Of a stretch of DNA of 64,000 nucleotides, positions 28,000 through 37,394 are shown piece by piece; position 1 is the stretch's first letter; each line of letters opens with the position of its first letter. Both the position numbers and the translations under genes were made by a program. Below the pieces are notes generated by a model. That model did not search any database. It was given only the letters and a program-made list of their open reading frames with translations, and was not told the origin of the DNA. The DNA lies in NCBI GenBank assembly GCA_029775855.1, contig JARVJZ010000004.1:32001-96000 (forward strand), given 5' to 3'. The DNA comes from Nitrososphaeria archaeon (GTDB lineage Archaea; Thermoproteota; Nitrososphaeria; Nitrososphaerales; JAAOZN01).

Positions 28000-28479
28000 T
28001 TGGTTATAGTGAAAGATGAGTTAAGTAAGAAGATAGAAGAGCTGATACTAATGGAGGAGATGCAGTCTCAGCAGCTTTCTGTAGGTGTCAAAACCCTTGG
28101 ATCCGTTATGGTCAAAGAGATCCTAAATGGTGTAGCGCTAGACTCTAAAGAGCATGCAGGCTTCTATAGAGCCATTAAAACTCTGCTTACAGAGGAAAGC
28201 TCGCCTCTAATAGAGGATGAGTATATGAAAATGGAGAACATAATTAGAACACATATTCAAGTTGAGGATAGAATGAAGCGAGCCGCTGCAGAACTCCTCG
28301 CAAAAGTAGAGGATTCGAGAGTGAAGCATCTCTTAAAGGAGATCCTTCAAGATGAGATAAGGCATCACAAGCTGATGCAGAACCTCTTAGAAAGTATAGT
28401 TAAGAGGACCATTATGGAGGAGGATGTTTGGGATATGATTTGGAAAGATGTTCCTGGGCATGGTGCTCCAATAGGATAA
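28000..28479 (+). CDS. Ferritin-like/rubrerythrin-family di-iron protein
   Basis: DSKEH, HIQVE, DEIRHH metal-ligand pattern. Confidence 0.75.
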   Translation: MVIVKDELSKKIEELILMEEMQSQQLSVGVKTLGSVMVKEILNGVALDSKEHAGFYRAIKTLLTEESSPLIEDEYMKMENIIRTHIQVEDRMKRAAAELLAKVEDSRVKHLLKEILQDEIRHHKLMQNLLESIVKRTIMEEDVWDMIWKDVPGHGAPIG

Positions 28480-28481
28480 GC

Positions 28482-28928
28482 CTAATCTTGCTGAGATTCA
28501 CTTTCGTAGTCAAGTATATGCTTTTCTTCTTCGGATAGTTTCTTGCCTATATGGCTATAGACGCCAATTTTCAACGCCTTATAGGGTAGAAGGGCGCATT
28601 TAATTCTGACGGGGTTGAGCCCGAGCGTCTCTATCCCTAATGCTTCAAGTAGATCTTTTTTAGAGAAGGATAGTAGATCATCAAGTTTCTTACCTTTTAG
28701 GAGCTCTGTCATCAAGGAGGCTGATGCAACACTTATCGCGCAACCTCTGCCTTTGAACTTTATATCTTTAACATTCTTCTCTTCATCGAACTTTATATAG
28801 AGTTCGATGTCGTCACCGCAAAGCGGGTTAGATTCCTGAACCTTTATTTCAGCATCTTCTATGCTACCATAGTTTCTTGGATGCCGGTAGTAGTCTAGTA
28901 TCATGTCTCGATAGATTTCTGAGCTCAT
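28482..28928 (-). CDS. sufU: SufU/IscU-type Fe-S scaffold or sulfur acceptor
   Basis: HPRNYG, NPLCGD, GCAISVASAS, RIKCA. Confidence 0.93.
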   Translation of the reverse strand: MSSEIYRDMILDYYRHPRNYGSIEDAEIKVQESNPLCGDDIELYIKFDEEKNVKDIKFKGRGCAISVASASLMTELLKGKKLDDLLSFSKKDLLEALGIETLGLNPVRIKCALLPYKALKIGVYSHIGKKLSEEEKHILDYESESQQD

Positions 28929-30160
28929 AGCTTAAATATGCGCCTCGCTTTATTTAGCCCTTCCACCAACGCGTCTACGTCGCTTTCAGCATTGTAGAGG
29001 TAGAAGCTTGCTCTTGCTGTTGCTGCTACACCGAGCTTATTCATTAGTGGCATAGCGCAGTGATGACCAGCTCTTAGGGCGATGCCCTCTTCGTCGAGTA
29101 TTGTTGCCAAGTCATGGGGGTGTATGTTTGCCAGATTAAATGATATGACAGCACCACGCTGCTCTAAATTATTGGTTCCATAGATCTTTAAGTCTGATAT
29201 TTCACTTAATGTTTCAAGAGCATATTTTGTGAGTTTAATCTCATGCTTCCTAATTCTACTAATCCCTATTGAATTAAGATAATCTACTGCAGCGCCTAAA
29301 CCTATAACATCGGCTATGGATGATGTGCCAGCCTCAAACTTCCAAGGTAGTTCATTCCATTCTGAGTTCTCTAACCAAACTCTGCTTATCATGTCTCCGC
29401 CACCTAAGAAGGGATTCATATCTTCAAGCAGATCTCTTTTGCCGTAAAGCACCCCAACACCTAAAGGGCCAAGGGCTTTATGACCAGAAAAGGCTAGGAA
29501 GTCACAGCCGATTTCTTGAACATCTACCTGCATATGAGGGACAGATTGGGCAGCATCAACTACAGTGATCGCACCAATTTTATGCGCATGCTCTACTATT
29601 TTCTTAACGTTGTTTATTGTTCCAAGCACATTTGAAACATGCGTTATGCTAACGATCTTAGGTCTTTTTTCCATAAGCCTATCTACTTCATCATCCACAA
29701 GCAGCCCCTCTTTATCTATAGAAATGTAGTCGATCTTGGCTTTAGTATACTTTGATATAAGCTGCCAAGGCACGATGTTGCTGTGATGCTCCATTTCCGT
29801 TAGTAGTATGTGATCTCCTTCTCTTAAGTTATTTAGTCCCCAGCTGTATGCTACCAAGTTTAGGGCTTCGGTTGCGTTCTTTGTGAAGATTATTTCAGAT
29901 TCTTTTGCGTTGATAAACTTAGCAACTTTCTTTCTGGCGTTTTCGAAGGCTTCTGTCGCCTCTACACTTAGTCTATAGACACCTCTATGGATGTTCGCGT
30001 TGTAATCTTGATAAAATTCACGCATCGCTTCTATGACTTGGCGCGGCTTCTGAGTTGTGGCTGCATTGTCCAGATATATCAGCCGTTTACCGTAGACTCT
30101 TCTTTTAAAGATCGGAAAATCTTGCTTTATTATTTCTGGGTCTAGCAGGTCTGGGCACAT
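28925..30160 (-). CDS. sufS: Cysteine desulfurase (group II)
   Basis: YLDNAATTQKP, EHHSN, SGHK, RAGHHCA. Confidence 0.96.
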   Translation of the reverse strand: MCPDLLDPEIIKQDFPIFKRRVYGKRLIYLDNAATTQKPRQVIEAMREFYQDYNANIHRGVYRLSVEATEAFENARKKVAKFINAKESEIIFTKNATEALNLVAYSWGLNNLREGDHILLTEMEHHSNIVPWQLISKYTKAKIDYISIDKEGLLVDDEVDRLMEKRPKIVSITHVSNVLGTINNVKKIVEHAHKIGAITVVDAAQSVPHMQVDVQEIGCDFLAFSGHKALGPLGVGVLYGKRDLLEDMNPFLGGGDMISRVWLENSEWNELPWKFEAGTSSIADVIGLGAAVDYLNSIGISRIRKHEIKLTKYALETLSEISDLKIYGTNNLEQRGAVISFNLANIHPHDLATILDEEGIALRAGHHCAMPLMNKLGVAATARASFYLYNAESDVDALVEGLNKARRIFKL

Positions 30161-30289
30161 TTCGCTACACTCCGTTGGGTAACGTAGGTTTTATCTGTTT
30201 ATGTAAAGTTGTTATTGGTGTGCTTCTTCGCTTCATGTCTTCTTCTAATATGTTTTTCATAACAATGTTATATAAGCTTTCATAACTAC

Positions 30290-30961
30290 TTAGCGAGCAA
30301 GCCTGCTTGCATCTCGAAAGACATTTATCCACATACTCCAAGTAAGCCTACCTGTCTGAGTGTTCTGGCGGCTAGGATGATAAGAGTCAACTAGAATACG
30401 GCTGTGCCCATCAAATCTGATTATTTGACCGTGCTTGAATGGTCTGCTTACCAATCCTGACACCCTGAGGTAGGTGTTGTGCGCCAACCTACCAAGAGCC
30501 AAAACAACCTTAACGTCTCTGAGAATATCAAGCTCAGCCTTAAGATATCTTGAGCAGTTTTCAACTTCGCTTGTTAAAGGTTTGTTCGCAGGCGGCACGC
30601 ACCTAACTACTGCAGACACATATACACCATTTAAGACCAACCCGTCACTGCGTGAGACGCTCATAGGCATATTTGCACAGCCAATCTCGTAAAGAGCTTT
30701 AACAAGCCATGCTCCTGAACTGTCTCCTGTAAACATGCGTCCGGTTCGGTTTCCACCGTGAGCTGCTGGTGCGAGTCCTAAAATGAGTAGCTTTGCGTAT
30801 GGATCTCCGAATCCCGGCAGTGGTTTAGCCCAGTATTCTTCGTCTCTGTATCTTTTTGGTGGGTTAAGAGCTACTTTCACTCTATGTTGAACGAGTCTAG
30901 GGCAGAGGTTGCAGCCTATAATTTGTGCAGAGAGAGCGTTAAGAGCTTCGATTCGGTTCAA
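30290..30961 (-). CDS. Uracil-DNA glycosylase family 5 (UDGb)
   Basis: GLAPAAHGGNRTGRMFTGD, RCVPPANKP, HPSRQNTQTG. Confidence 0.92.
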   Translation of the reverse strand: MNRIEALNALSAQIIGCNLCPRLVQHRVKVALNPPKRYRDEEYWAKPLPGFGDPYAKLLILGLAPAAHGGNRTGRMFTGDSSGAWLVKALYEIGCANMPMSVSRSDGLVLNGVYVSAVVRCVPPANKPLTSEVENCSRYLKAELDILRDVKVVLALGRLAHNTYLRVSGLVSRPFKHGQIIRFDGHSRILVDSYHPSRQNTQTGRLTWSMWINVFRDASRLAR

Positions 30962-32190
30962 TTCTCAATTTCGCCTTGCACCATCTTTTGTAGCTGAGTT
31001 AGAGGCACTTCTGTTTCCTCCGAGATCTTTTCTAGATCTTTAAATTCTGGTTTCACTCTAATCAGCTTTCCTTCCGGTGTCTCTGAGACCTTAACTCTAA
31101 CCTTATACTTTTTACCCTTTATATTCAGAATCTTAGTTTCCATCCGTCTTCTTGCTAAATATCTTGGTATTGTAAGAGTTCTTACACCAAGCGTGCCTGT
31201 CTCAAGCATGAGAATGTTGCTGAGCTTAAACGCTTCTTCCTGCCTACAAAGAACTTTGATAACCCATCCTGGTCTTCCCTTCTTCAAGTATGCTGGTGTC
31301 GTAGCTACATCGAGCGCCCCTTGTTTCATTAATATTTCAGATGTTCTGCTTATTACTTCACCAGTCACATCATCGACATTAGTTTCTAGTTGAACTATTG
31401 TGTCTTGGGTGTCTTCTGCAGTTTTACTCCCTAAGATTATGCGTAGTATGTTTGGTAGAGCATCTATTTCTTTTAAGCCGCCGCCGAAGCCTATCTTTAT
31501 TGGGGTGATCTGTGGGTAGAATCTTGTGGGCTTAGGATTTAGGGCTGCTAATAGCGATGCACCAGTAGGTGTTGTGAGCTCCATCTCAACAGGTCCTCCG
31601 TGGAAGGGTATTTCGCTTATGGTGAGTATGCTTAGGGCTGCTGGAGATGGAGATGGTGTTATCCCGTGTGAGAATTTTATAAGGCCGCCTCCTACCGCTA
31701 CTGGAGTCGCATATATTTGTGCGTCAAGCAGATCTAGTTGCTCTAAGGCAACTGCAGCACCAATAGCTTCTGCTAATGTATCTGCTCCAGCTGTCTCGTG
31801 TAAGTGTAGGTTATCTATAGTTTTATTGTGAAGATGTGCTTCGGTGTCGATTAACATCTTTACAGCTCTATAGGCGTATTCAGCTGCCTTCTTTGTGTGT
31901 GTAGTAATTTTTGCGGCTGTCTTTACAGCTTCTAGTATCTCGGTTGGTGTATAGCTTGTTTCTCTCTGTTTATATTTGGCTTTTATTAGTTTGCATCTGA
32001 ATCCCCCTCTCTTTGCTTCCTCCACATCTATCTCTGCCTCCCCTTGCTCCAATACTTTTACGGCTTCAACCATAGCCTCTAACACATATCTCTGAGGTGC
32101 ACCTAGATCTACTAAGGAGGCGACTAACATATCACCTGAGATTCCAGCAGAGCTCGCATCTATAACTAAGATCTTATCCTTCATCCTCAC
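30958..32190 (-). CDS. larC: Nickel-pincer cofactor Ni insertase
   Basis: GISGDM, HLHE, HG..P.P.PA, ELTTPTGA, ETNVDD.TGE, KKGRPG, KPEF.D. Confidence 0.93.
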   Translation of the reverse strand: MRMKDKILVIDASSAGISGDMLVASLVDLGAPQRYVLEAMVEAVKVLEQGEAEIDVEEAKRGGFRCKLIKAKYKQRETSYTPTEILEAVKTAAKITTHTKKAAEYAYRAVKMLIDTEAHLHNKTIDNLHLHETAGADTLAEAIGAAVALEQLDLLDAQIYATPVAVGGGLIKFSHGITPSPSPAALSILTISEIPFHGGPVEMELTTPTGASLLAALNPKPTRFYPQITPIKIGFGGGLKEIDALPNILRIILGSKTAEDTQDTIVQLETNVDDVTGEVISRTSEILMKQGALDVATTPAYLKKGRPGWVIKVLCRQEEAFKLSNILMLETGTLGVRTLTIPRYLARRRMETKILNIKGKKYKVRVKVSETPEGKLIRVKPEFKDLEKISEETEVPLTQLQKMVQGEIEN

Positions 32191-32272
32191 TTATTGTCGA
32201 GTATTCCCTTTTTATTCGCTTTGTTAGAGGATTTAAACTGTTTTAAAGTAGGTTTCAAAAACAGTAAGGGGG

Positions 32273-33061
32273 ATGAACCCTACATATAGGCGCATCTTAA
32301 AAGATGTGGCTAACGGTAAAGTTTCGATTGAAGAGGCTGAGAAACTAATTGACCAAACCCTTTTGGCTGAAGTTAACGAGCTAGCGAAGCTAGATGTTGG
32401 TAGAGAAGCCAGAAAAGGTATACCTGAAGTAGTCTACGGTGAAGACAAATCTGTTGGAGAGATTCATAGAATCATCTCTAAGAGCCTCGAAGCTTGCGAT
32501 AAGGTTATAGTAAGTCGGCTCACCAAAGATAAGATCAAGAAGCTTAAACAGCTCCTAAACGATAAACCTCTGAGACTCAGCGAAAAGGCAGGCGTCTTAG
32601 TGGTCAAAAGCAGTGAAGGCAAGGTTGTAAAGACTGGGGGAAGGGTTGGAATATTGACCGCCGGCACAAGTGATCTGAAGGTTGCCGAGGAAGCAAAGGT
32701 GATGGCTGAAGAAATGGGGTGCGAAGTATATCTTGAGGCTGATGTTGGTGTTGCTGGTGTGCATAGATTAATTCCAGCGCTTAAACACATGCTCGATAGA
32801 CAAGTTGATGTTATCGTTGTGGTTGCTGGGCGGGAAGGAGCGCTGCCTTCAGTTGTAGCGGGGCTGGTTTCCATCCCTGTTATAGGTGTGCCTACCTCAT
32901 CAAGCTACGGCTTCGGTGAAAAGGGGTTGGCTGCTTTGATGGCTATGCTGCAATCCTGCTCACTCGGAATTGGTGTAGTGAACATAGACAATGGTATAGG
33001 AGGAGGAGCTTTGGCAGCACTTATAGCAAATAATGTAGCTGCAGCACGCTCTTCAAAATAA
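32273..33061 (+). CDS. larB: Nickel-pincer cofactor carboxylase/hydrolase
   Basis: PEVVYGEDK, AGTSD..VAEEA, DVGVAG.HRL, AGREGALPSV, VNIDNG.G. Confidence 0.94.
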   Translation: MNPTYRRILKDVANGKVSIEEAEKLIDQTLLAEVNELAKLDVGREARKGIPEVVYGEDKSVGEIHRIISKSLEACDKVIVSRLTKDKIKKLKQLLNDKPLRLSEKAGVLVVKSSEGKVVKTGGRVGILTAGTSDLKVAEEAKVMAEEMGCEVYLEADVGVAGVHRLIPALKHMLDRQVDVIVVVAGREGALPSVVAGLVSIPVIGVPTSSSYGFGEKGLAALMAMLQSCSLGIGVVNIDNGIGGGALAALIANNVAAARSSK

Positions 33062-33197
33062 GGCGCATACATCTTTGACACATAAAGCACCCTAATCTCT
33101 GAAAGATGTTACCCTATATCCAAAGTTGTCGATAACAGATGCTCATAAAGGGCTTATCTTTATATCTAATTGTTCTGCTAGGGTTGTGTTTACGCAC

Positions 33198-34007
33198 ATG
33201 CTGATTAAAAACTTACTAACGGTTTATGTAAGAAAGAATGTGTTAAGCTTTGTTGTGGGTGTAGTAATAGGAGTAGTCGCAGGCTTAATAGGAGTAGGCG
33301 GGGGCGAATTTAGAATACCAGCCTTAACCTACCTCACAAGCAGCTCTATGACCGTTGTTGCGTCATCCAATCTACTAATAGGCTTCTTTACCGTCTTTGT
33401 ATCATTTCTTCTACGCTTACTAAAAGGGTTAGCTAGTAGTAGCAGCATTCTTTTTGGCGCTTATCTTTCCGTTGGCTCAATAGTTGGAGCCTACTTAGGA
33501 GCTCTAATGAGTGGAAAGTTTTCAAATAGAGCGCTTAGGATACTAGTGATTGCATATCTTCTAATCGTGGGGCTGAGGTTTACTTTTGAGCCATTAATAG
33601 GAGAAGTCTCGGAAACCCTTCTATTCCAAGAAAATGTAATTCCCATTTACCTAATTTGCTTTGGCTTCCTTGTCAGCGTGCTCTCTGCTATGTTTGGCGT
33701 CGCGGGCGGGGAAATGCGCATCCCTATTCTTATAATGGCTTTTGGTTTAGGTGCAAAGCTTGCAGGTACTGCAAGCCTTTTTGCATCTATAGCTACAGTA
33801 GGGATAGGCTTCCTGCAGCATTACCGCATGGGTCATTTTGAAGTTAGATTTACTTGGATTGCTCTTTTCATGACTATTGGTTCCATCCTAGGAACCATAC
33901 TAGGAACTTTTTTGGTAGTCACTTTAGATGACCGGTATTTGAAACTAATACTTGGAGTAGTCTTAATAGCGGCGACTTTACGCTTTACGGCTGGATTAAA
34001 CAAATGA
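33198..34007 (+). CDS. TauE/SafE-family membrane transporter (start probably later than the ORF-track 33126)
   Basis: Duplicated G.GGGE.RIP motif; about 8 TM helices. Confidence 0.85.
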   Translation: MLIKNLLTVYVRKNVLSFVVGVVIGVVAGLIGVGGGEFRIPALTYLTSSSMTVVASSNLLIGFFTVFVSFLLRLLKGLASSSSILFGAYLSVGSIVGAYLGALMSGKFSNRALRILVIAYLLIVGLRFTFEPLIGEVSETLLFQENVIPIYLICFGFLVSVLSAMFGVAGGEMRIPILIMAFGLGAKLAGTASLFASIATVGIGFLQHYRMGHFEVRFTWIALFMTIGSILGTILGTFLVVTLDDRYLKLILGVVLIAATLRFTAGLNK

Positions 34008-34108
34008 ATCTAACTTTAAGCCTCAGTTTGCGCAGCTAAGAGGTAAACAGAGATAAAGAGGGGTCATTTGATGCTCCTCAAGCTGCCTACACTTTATATA
34101 GGAGTAAG

Positions 34109-34351
34109 ATGTATACAGAATCTGTGGTATACTACAAAGCGCATGTAGGATGCTCAAACCCAGCAATCATAGACAAGAACGGTAGAAAAGTGGGGCGATT
34201 CCACGCTGTCTACATACGCGAATCTAAACCCAACGGTGCGCGGTGGCGTAAGGTGGGTTGGTTGTGCATCGACTGTAATGGGTTTATAGCGTTAGATACG
34301 CCTGAGGCGAGAATACTTGAGGCTGGGAATCGAAGTAGAAGAGTAAGCTGA
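34109..34351 (+). CDS. Small hypothetical protein, possible zinc ribbon
   Basis: H-x2-C ... C-x2-C (HVGC, WLCIDC); GGAG RBS. Confidence 0.55.
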   Translation: MYTESVVYYKAHVGCSNPAIIDKNGRKVGRFHAVYIRESKPNGARWRKVGWLCIDCNGFIALDTPEARILEAGNRSRRVS

Positions 34352-34360
34352 TTTCATCTG

Positions 34361-34591
34361 CTACTCTATAACAGTCATCGTTAGGGTGGAACGAACCTCA
34401 GGCAAACCCCTAATCTTAACGGTTATCGTCTCCTTTAAGGCTTCAATACTATCCGCCTCAAGAATCACTACCAGATCATATACTCCAAAGACAAAGTAAG
34501 CCTCCTTAACATTTGGTGTGCTCCTCAGCTTCTGCAGAAGGTAGGTTTCTGTTCCTACATCTGCATTTATCAACACTATAGCCTTAGGCAA
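34361..34591 (-). CDS. Stand-alone Lrp/AsnC ligand-binding (RAM) domain protein
   Basis: AIVLIN..., VKEAYFVFGVYDLV, IRGLPEVRSTLT. Confidence 0.9.
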   Translation of the reverse strand: MPKAIVLINADVGTETYLLQKLRSTPNVKEAYFVFGVYDLVVILEADSIEALKETITVKIRGLPEVRSTLTMTVIE

Positions 34592-34711
34592 TTAACATCC
34601 TACACATCCACAACACAGAGGGATATAAAAGTTCTTTTAATATCCAGATTCTAACTTTTCGATATAAATATTTATACACGAGTCGCATAGTTTAGAAGTG
34701 GTGCAAAATTA

Positions 34712-35152
34712 GTGTTTAGAAAGATCTTAGTTGCTGTGGACGGTTCAACGTTCGCTGAACACGCTGTGGAGTACGCTGCTATGCTAGCCAAAAAGTTTGG
34801 TTCAGAACTTGTCCTCATACACGCTATACTTAACCCCATGTATACATATGAAGGCATTGTGCTTAGCCCACCTCTAGAGCAGCTTGAGAAGGCTGGTCAA
34901 GAAGTTCTAAATCGAAACGTAGCGTTAGCGGAGAAAATAGGTGTGCAAGCTAAGACTCGGCTTGTAGTCGGGCACCCTGCTGATGAGATATCCAAGGTGG
35001 CTAACGAAGAAGACTTTGATCTGCTTGTTGTTGGAAGCAGAGGGTTGAGCTCTGTTAAAGCTTTCCTTCTTGGCAGCGTCTCTGAGAAGTTAAGTAGGCT
35101 CGCAAAGTGCCCAGTTTTAATCGTTAAACCTGGATGGAAGGTTAGTGAGTAG
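34712..35152 (+). CDS. Universal stress protein (UspA family)
   Basis: KILVAVDGS, DLLVVGSRG, LLGSVSE, CPVLIV. Confidence 0.95.
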   Translation: MFRKILVAVDGSTFAEHAVEYAAMLAKKFGSELVLIHAILNPMYTYEGIVLSPPLEQLEKAGQEVLNRNVALAEKIGVQAKTRLVVGHPADEISKVANEEDFDLLVVGSRGLSSVKAFLLGSVSEKLSRLAKCPVLIVKPGWKVSE

Positions 35153-35288
35153 CTTTACATTTGTGCCTATCCTTATGTATGAAGCAGTATGTTGCACCAC
35201 ACTTCGAGCATCTATAGTGGTAGGATGTAGAGAGGTTTCTACCACACCATCCACAAGTCAGCTGACGTCTCTCTGCTAACTGAATCAA
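35142..35288 (-). CDS. 48-aa AN1-like zinc-finger micro-protein (absent from the ORF track)
   Basis: TTG start; (M)IQLAERRQLTCGWCGRNLSTSYHYRCSKCGATYCFIHKDRHKCKATH; TTTATAA box about 35 nt upstream. Confidence 0.8.
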   Translation of the reverse strand: MIQLAERRQLTCGWCGRNLSTSYHYRCSKCGATYCFIHKDRHKCKATH

Positions 35289-35374
35289 ACTCTTCTGTAT
35301 TTGTAGAGGTCATAGGTAAATTATAAATTTTGCTTAGAACATAGAGCATCAAAATTTAAAATCATCTGATTCTA

Positions 35375-35863
35375 ATGGTATATCGCATGGAGAGCATCGT
35401 AAGGCTGTTTAACGATGTGCAAGGACATACATATGACACCATTCTAGATTTAGTCTTCACAACTAAAAGGCTTATAGTCCTCCGGATACTCAGCCCCCAA
35501 GATGGAAGAGACCTAAGGGCTGCGCCGAACCTACTGAGCTTGTTTATAGGCTCCTCTGGGCTACGTAGAGCAGAAGCTGTAAAGAGGTATAAGATTGCGT
35601 CGGAAAGGCGTCAGAAGCTTATGTATCTTACACCTGAACAGATTGCAAATGAAGATGAATGCATACTTGAAATACAGTATAATCTACTTTCAAAGGCTAA
35701 GTTTACTCAAAGCATCTTTGGCAGAGTGGTAGAGTTCAGTTTTGAGAGGGATGGTGTTAAACATTCTTTATCGGTTAGACTCACACGCGAGCAGTATGAA
35801 GATATGTGGAGGCTTCTTGGTGAAGTAGCACCTCAAATCCGTGAGAAGAAGGTGAGGAGCTAA
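35375..35863 (+). CDS. Hypothetical protein, possible PH-like fold
   Basis: DLVFTTKRLIV motif recalls bacterial PH domains; inference. Confidence 0.55.
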   Translation: MVYRMESIVRLFNDVQGHTYDTILDLVFTTKRLIVLRILSPQDGRDLRAAPNLLSLFIGSSGLRRAEAVKRYKIASERRQKLMYLTPEQIANEDECILEIQYNLLSKAKFTQSIFGRVVEFSFERDGVKHSLSVRLTREQYEDMWRLLGEVAPQIREKKVRS

Positions 35864-36771
35864 GGCATCTGCTCTAAAGAGGCGTTAAGCATTTTAATTT
35901 GATCGATTGTTATGCTAAGAGGGTATCCGAAGACAACTTCAGTTATGCCTAACTCTCTGAGTGTGTGTATGTAGTTAGGTAAAGCGCCTACATGCATAGT
36001 TATAGTTAGAGCCCTAACCAAGTTTTCTGATACTATCTTAGCTTCCTCACCTTCTTGGATGTCCTTAAGGCGCTTTAATGTTCGTTCATATTCTACCTCA
36101 AGATTTAAATCCCTTGCAAGCCTCTTTGACATGCCTAGAAGTATCTTAAGCGCCGCTTTCTTAGCGCGATTGAGCATATCTTCTTCGATAATTTTGTAGA
36201 TGTATGCTGGTGCTGATATCCCGACTGAAATATGTTGTTTTAATGCACCTATCTTATCTAAAGCCCATCTTAAGTAGTCTAAATTTGAATGATTCAAGAG
36301 CACGTAATCAAAACAAGTTGATAGACTGAGTGTCGTAGAGCCTTGTGCGGCTAGCCAAAGTTTTATGCCTAATCTAGACAGTTCTTCTTCGAGCATTCTG
36401 CATGTTGATTTTAATATATTCAAGAAGTCTGTATGAGTTATTTTTACACCTAATTCTTTGAGCAGAGTTTTATCTCCAAGCCCTATGCATAGATCAAAGC
36501 GTTTTCCATAAAGATCTGTTAATTCCGTCAATCTTTTGATGATCTCTCTGACGCTGTAGATATAAGGGCTCAACGCACCAATACCTATCTTTAGACCCTC
36601 TACGCTTTCAGCTACCGCGGAAGCCATCTCAAAGGGGTCTCTGCCCTTTGATGAAAAGGAGACCCAGATTTTTTTGATTTTACTCCGCGCAATTAATATA
36701 GAGATCTCCTTTGCTTCATCCAAACCTTCACCCACGTTGAGGGCAAGGCCGAAGATCAAAAGCAGAGACAC
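35860..36771 (-). CDS. Divergent luciferase-like (LLM/Mer-like) flavin- or F420-dependent oxidoreductase
   Basis: RDPF, IGIGALSPY, RFDLCIGLGD, LWLAAQG, GITEVVFG. Confidence 0.75.
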   Translation of the reverse strand: MSLLLIFGLALNVGEGLDEAKEISILIARSKIKKIWVSFSSKGRDPFEMASAVAESVEGLKIGIGALSPYIYSVREIIKRLTELTDLYGKRFDLCIGLGDKTLLKELGVKITHTDFLNILKSTCRMLEEELSRLGIKLWLAAQGSTTLSLSTCFDYVLLNHSNLDYLRWALDKIGALKQHISVGISAPAYIYKIIEEDMLNRAKKAALKILLGMSKRLARDLNLEVEYERTLKRLKDIQEGEEAKIVSENLVRALTITMHVGALPNYIHTLRELGITEVVFGYPLSITIDQIKMLNASLEQMP

Positions 36772-36829
36772 CTATAAGAGATATATCAGCTTGAGAGTAG
36801 ATTAAGAGATTGTGTAAATTAATAAAGGT

Positions 36830-37351
36830 TTACCCTCTTGATACTGGTCTCTTGCTTAATGTGTCGATAAGCCAGCTTATTCCTTGGGTAGTTATCCTAT
36901 ATTTTATGCCTTGCTCGGTTTGAACCCTTTCAACAAACCCACCCTTCACAAGTTCGCTGAGTCTTGAGCTGACAGACTTTGGGTTTAATCCTGTTGCGGA
37001 TTGAATTTCGCTTACTAGAAGCGAGTCCACTTGGGATTTGGCTGTTTGATATCCTATCTTTACAGCTACTAGCTGTAGCGCAACCCTTTCTTTATCACTT
37101 AACTTGCCACCTTCAACCCAGACCCGAGGCCCTTCAGGCGTAATCTTAATCAACCTTTCAAACTTCTCTACAAGCTCTTTAGTAGAGTAGCTTAGATAGA
37201 TACGCCTAGCCAAGTCGATGGTTGGTATCTGCTTGTGTAGAAACTCATCTACTTGAGCAGCGACAACTTCAGCTCTGCCTGAAAACTCAACTTTAACGTC
37301 GCCGAAAGAAATAGCAACATTAATTGTAGGTTCCTCTGACAAATCCACCAC
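36830..37351 (-). CDS. Winged-helix domain protein
   Basis: EIQSATGLNPKSVSSRLSELVKGGFVER...YRITTQG. Confidence 0.75.
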   Translation of the reverse strand: MVDLSEEPTINVAISFGDVKVEFSGRAEVVAAQVDEFLHKQIPTIDLARRIYLSYSTKELVEKFERLIKITPEGPRVWVEGGKLSDKERVALQLVAVKIGYQTAKSQVDSLLVSEIQSATGLNPKSVSSRLSELVKGGFVERVQTEQGIKYRITTQGISWLIDTLSKRPVSRG

Positions 37352-37394
37352 ATCATATCAAACAAAAGGTCTTCACAATTAAGCTTTGCGCATA

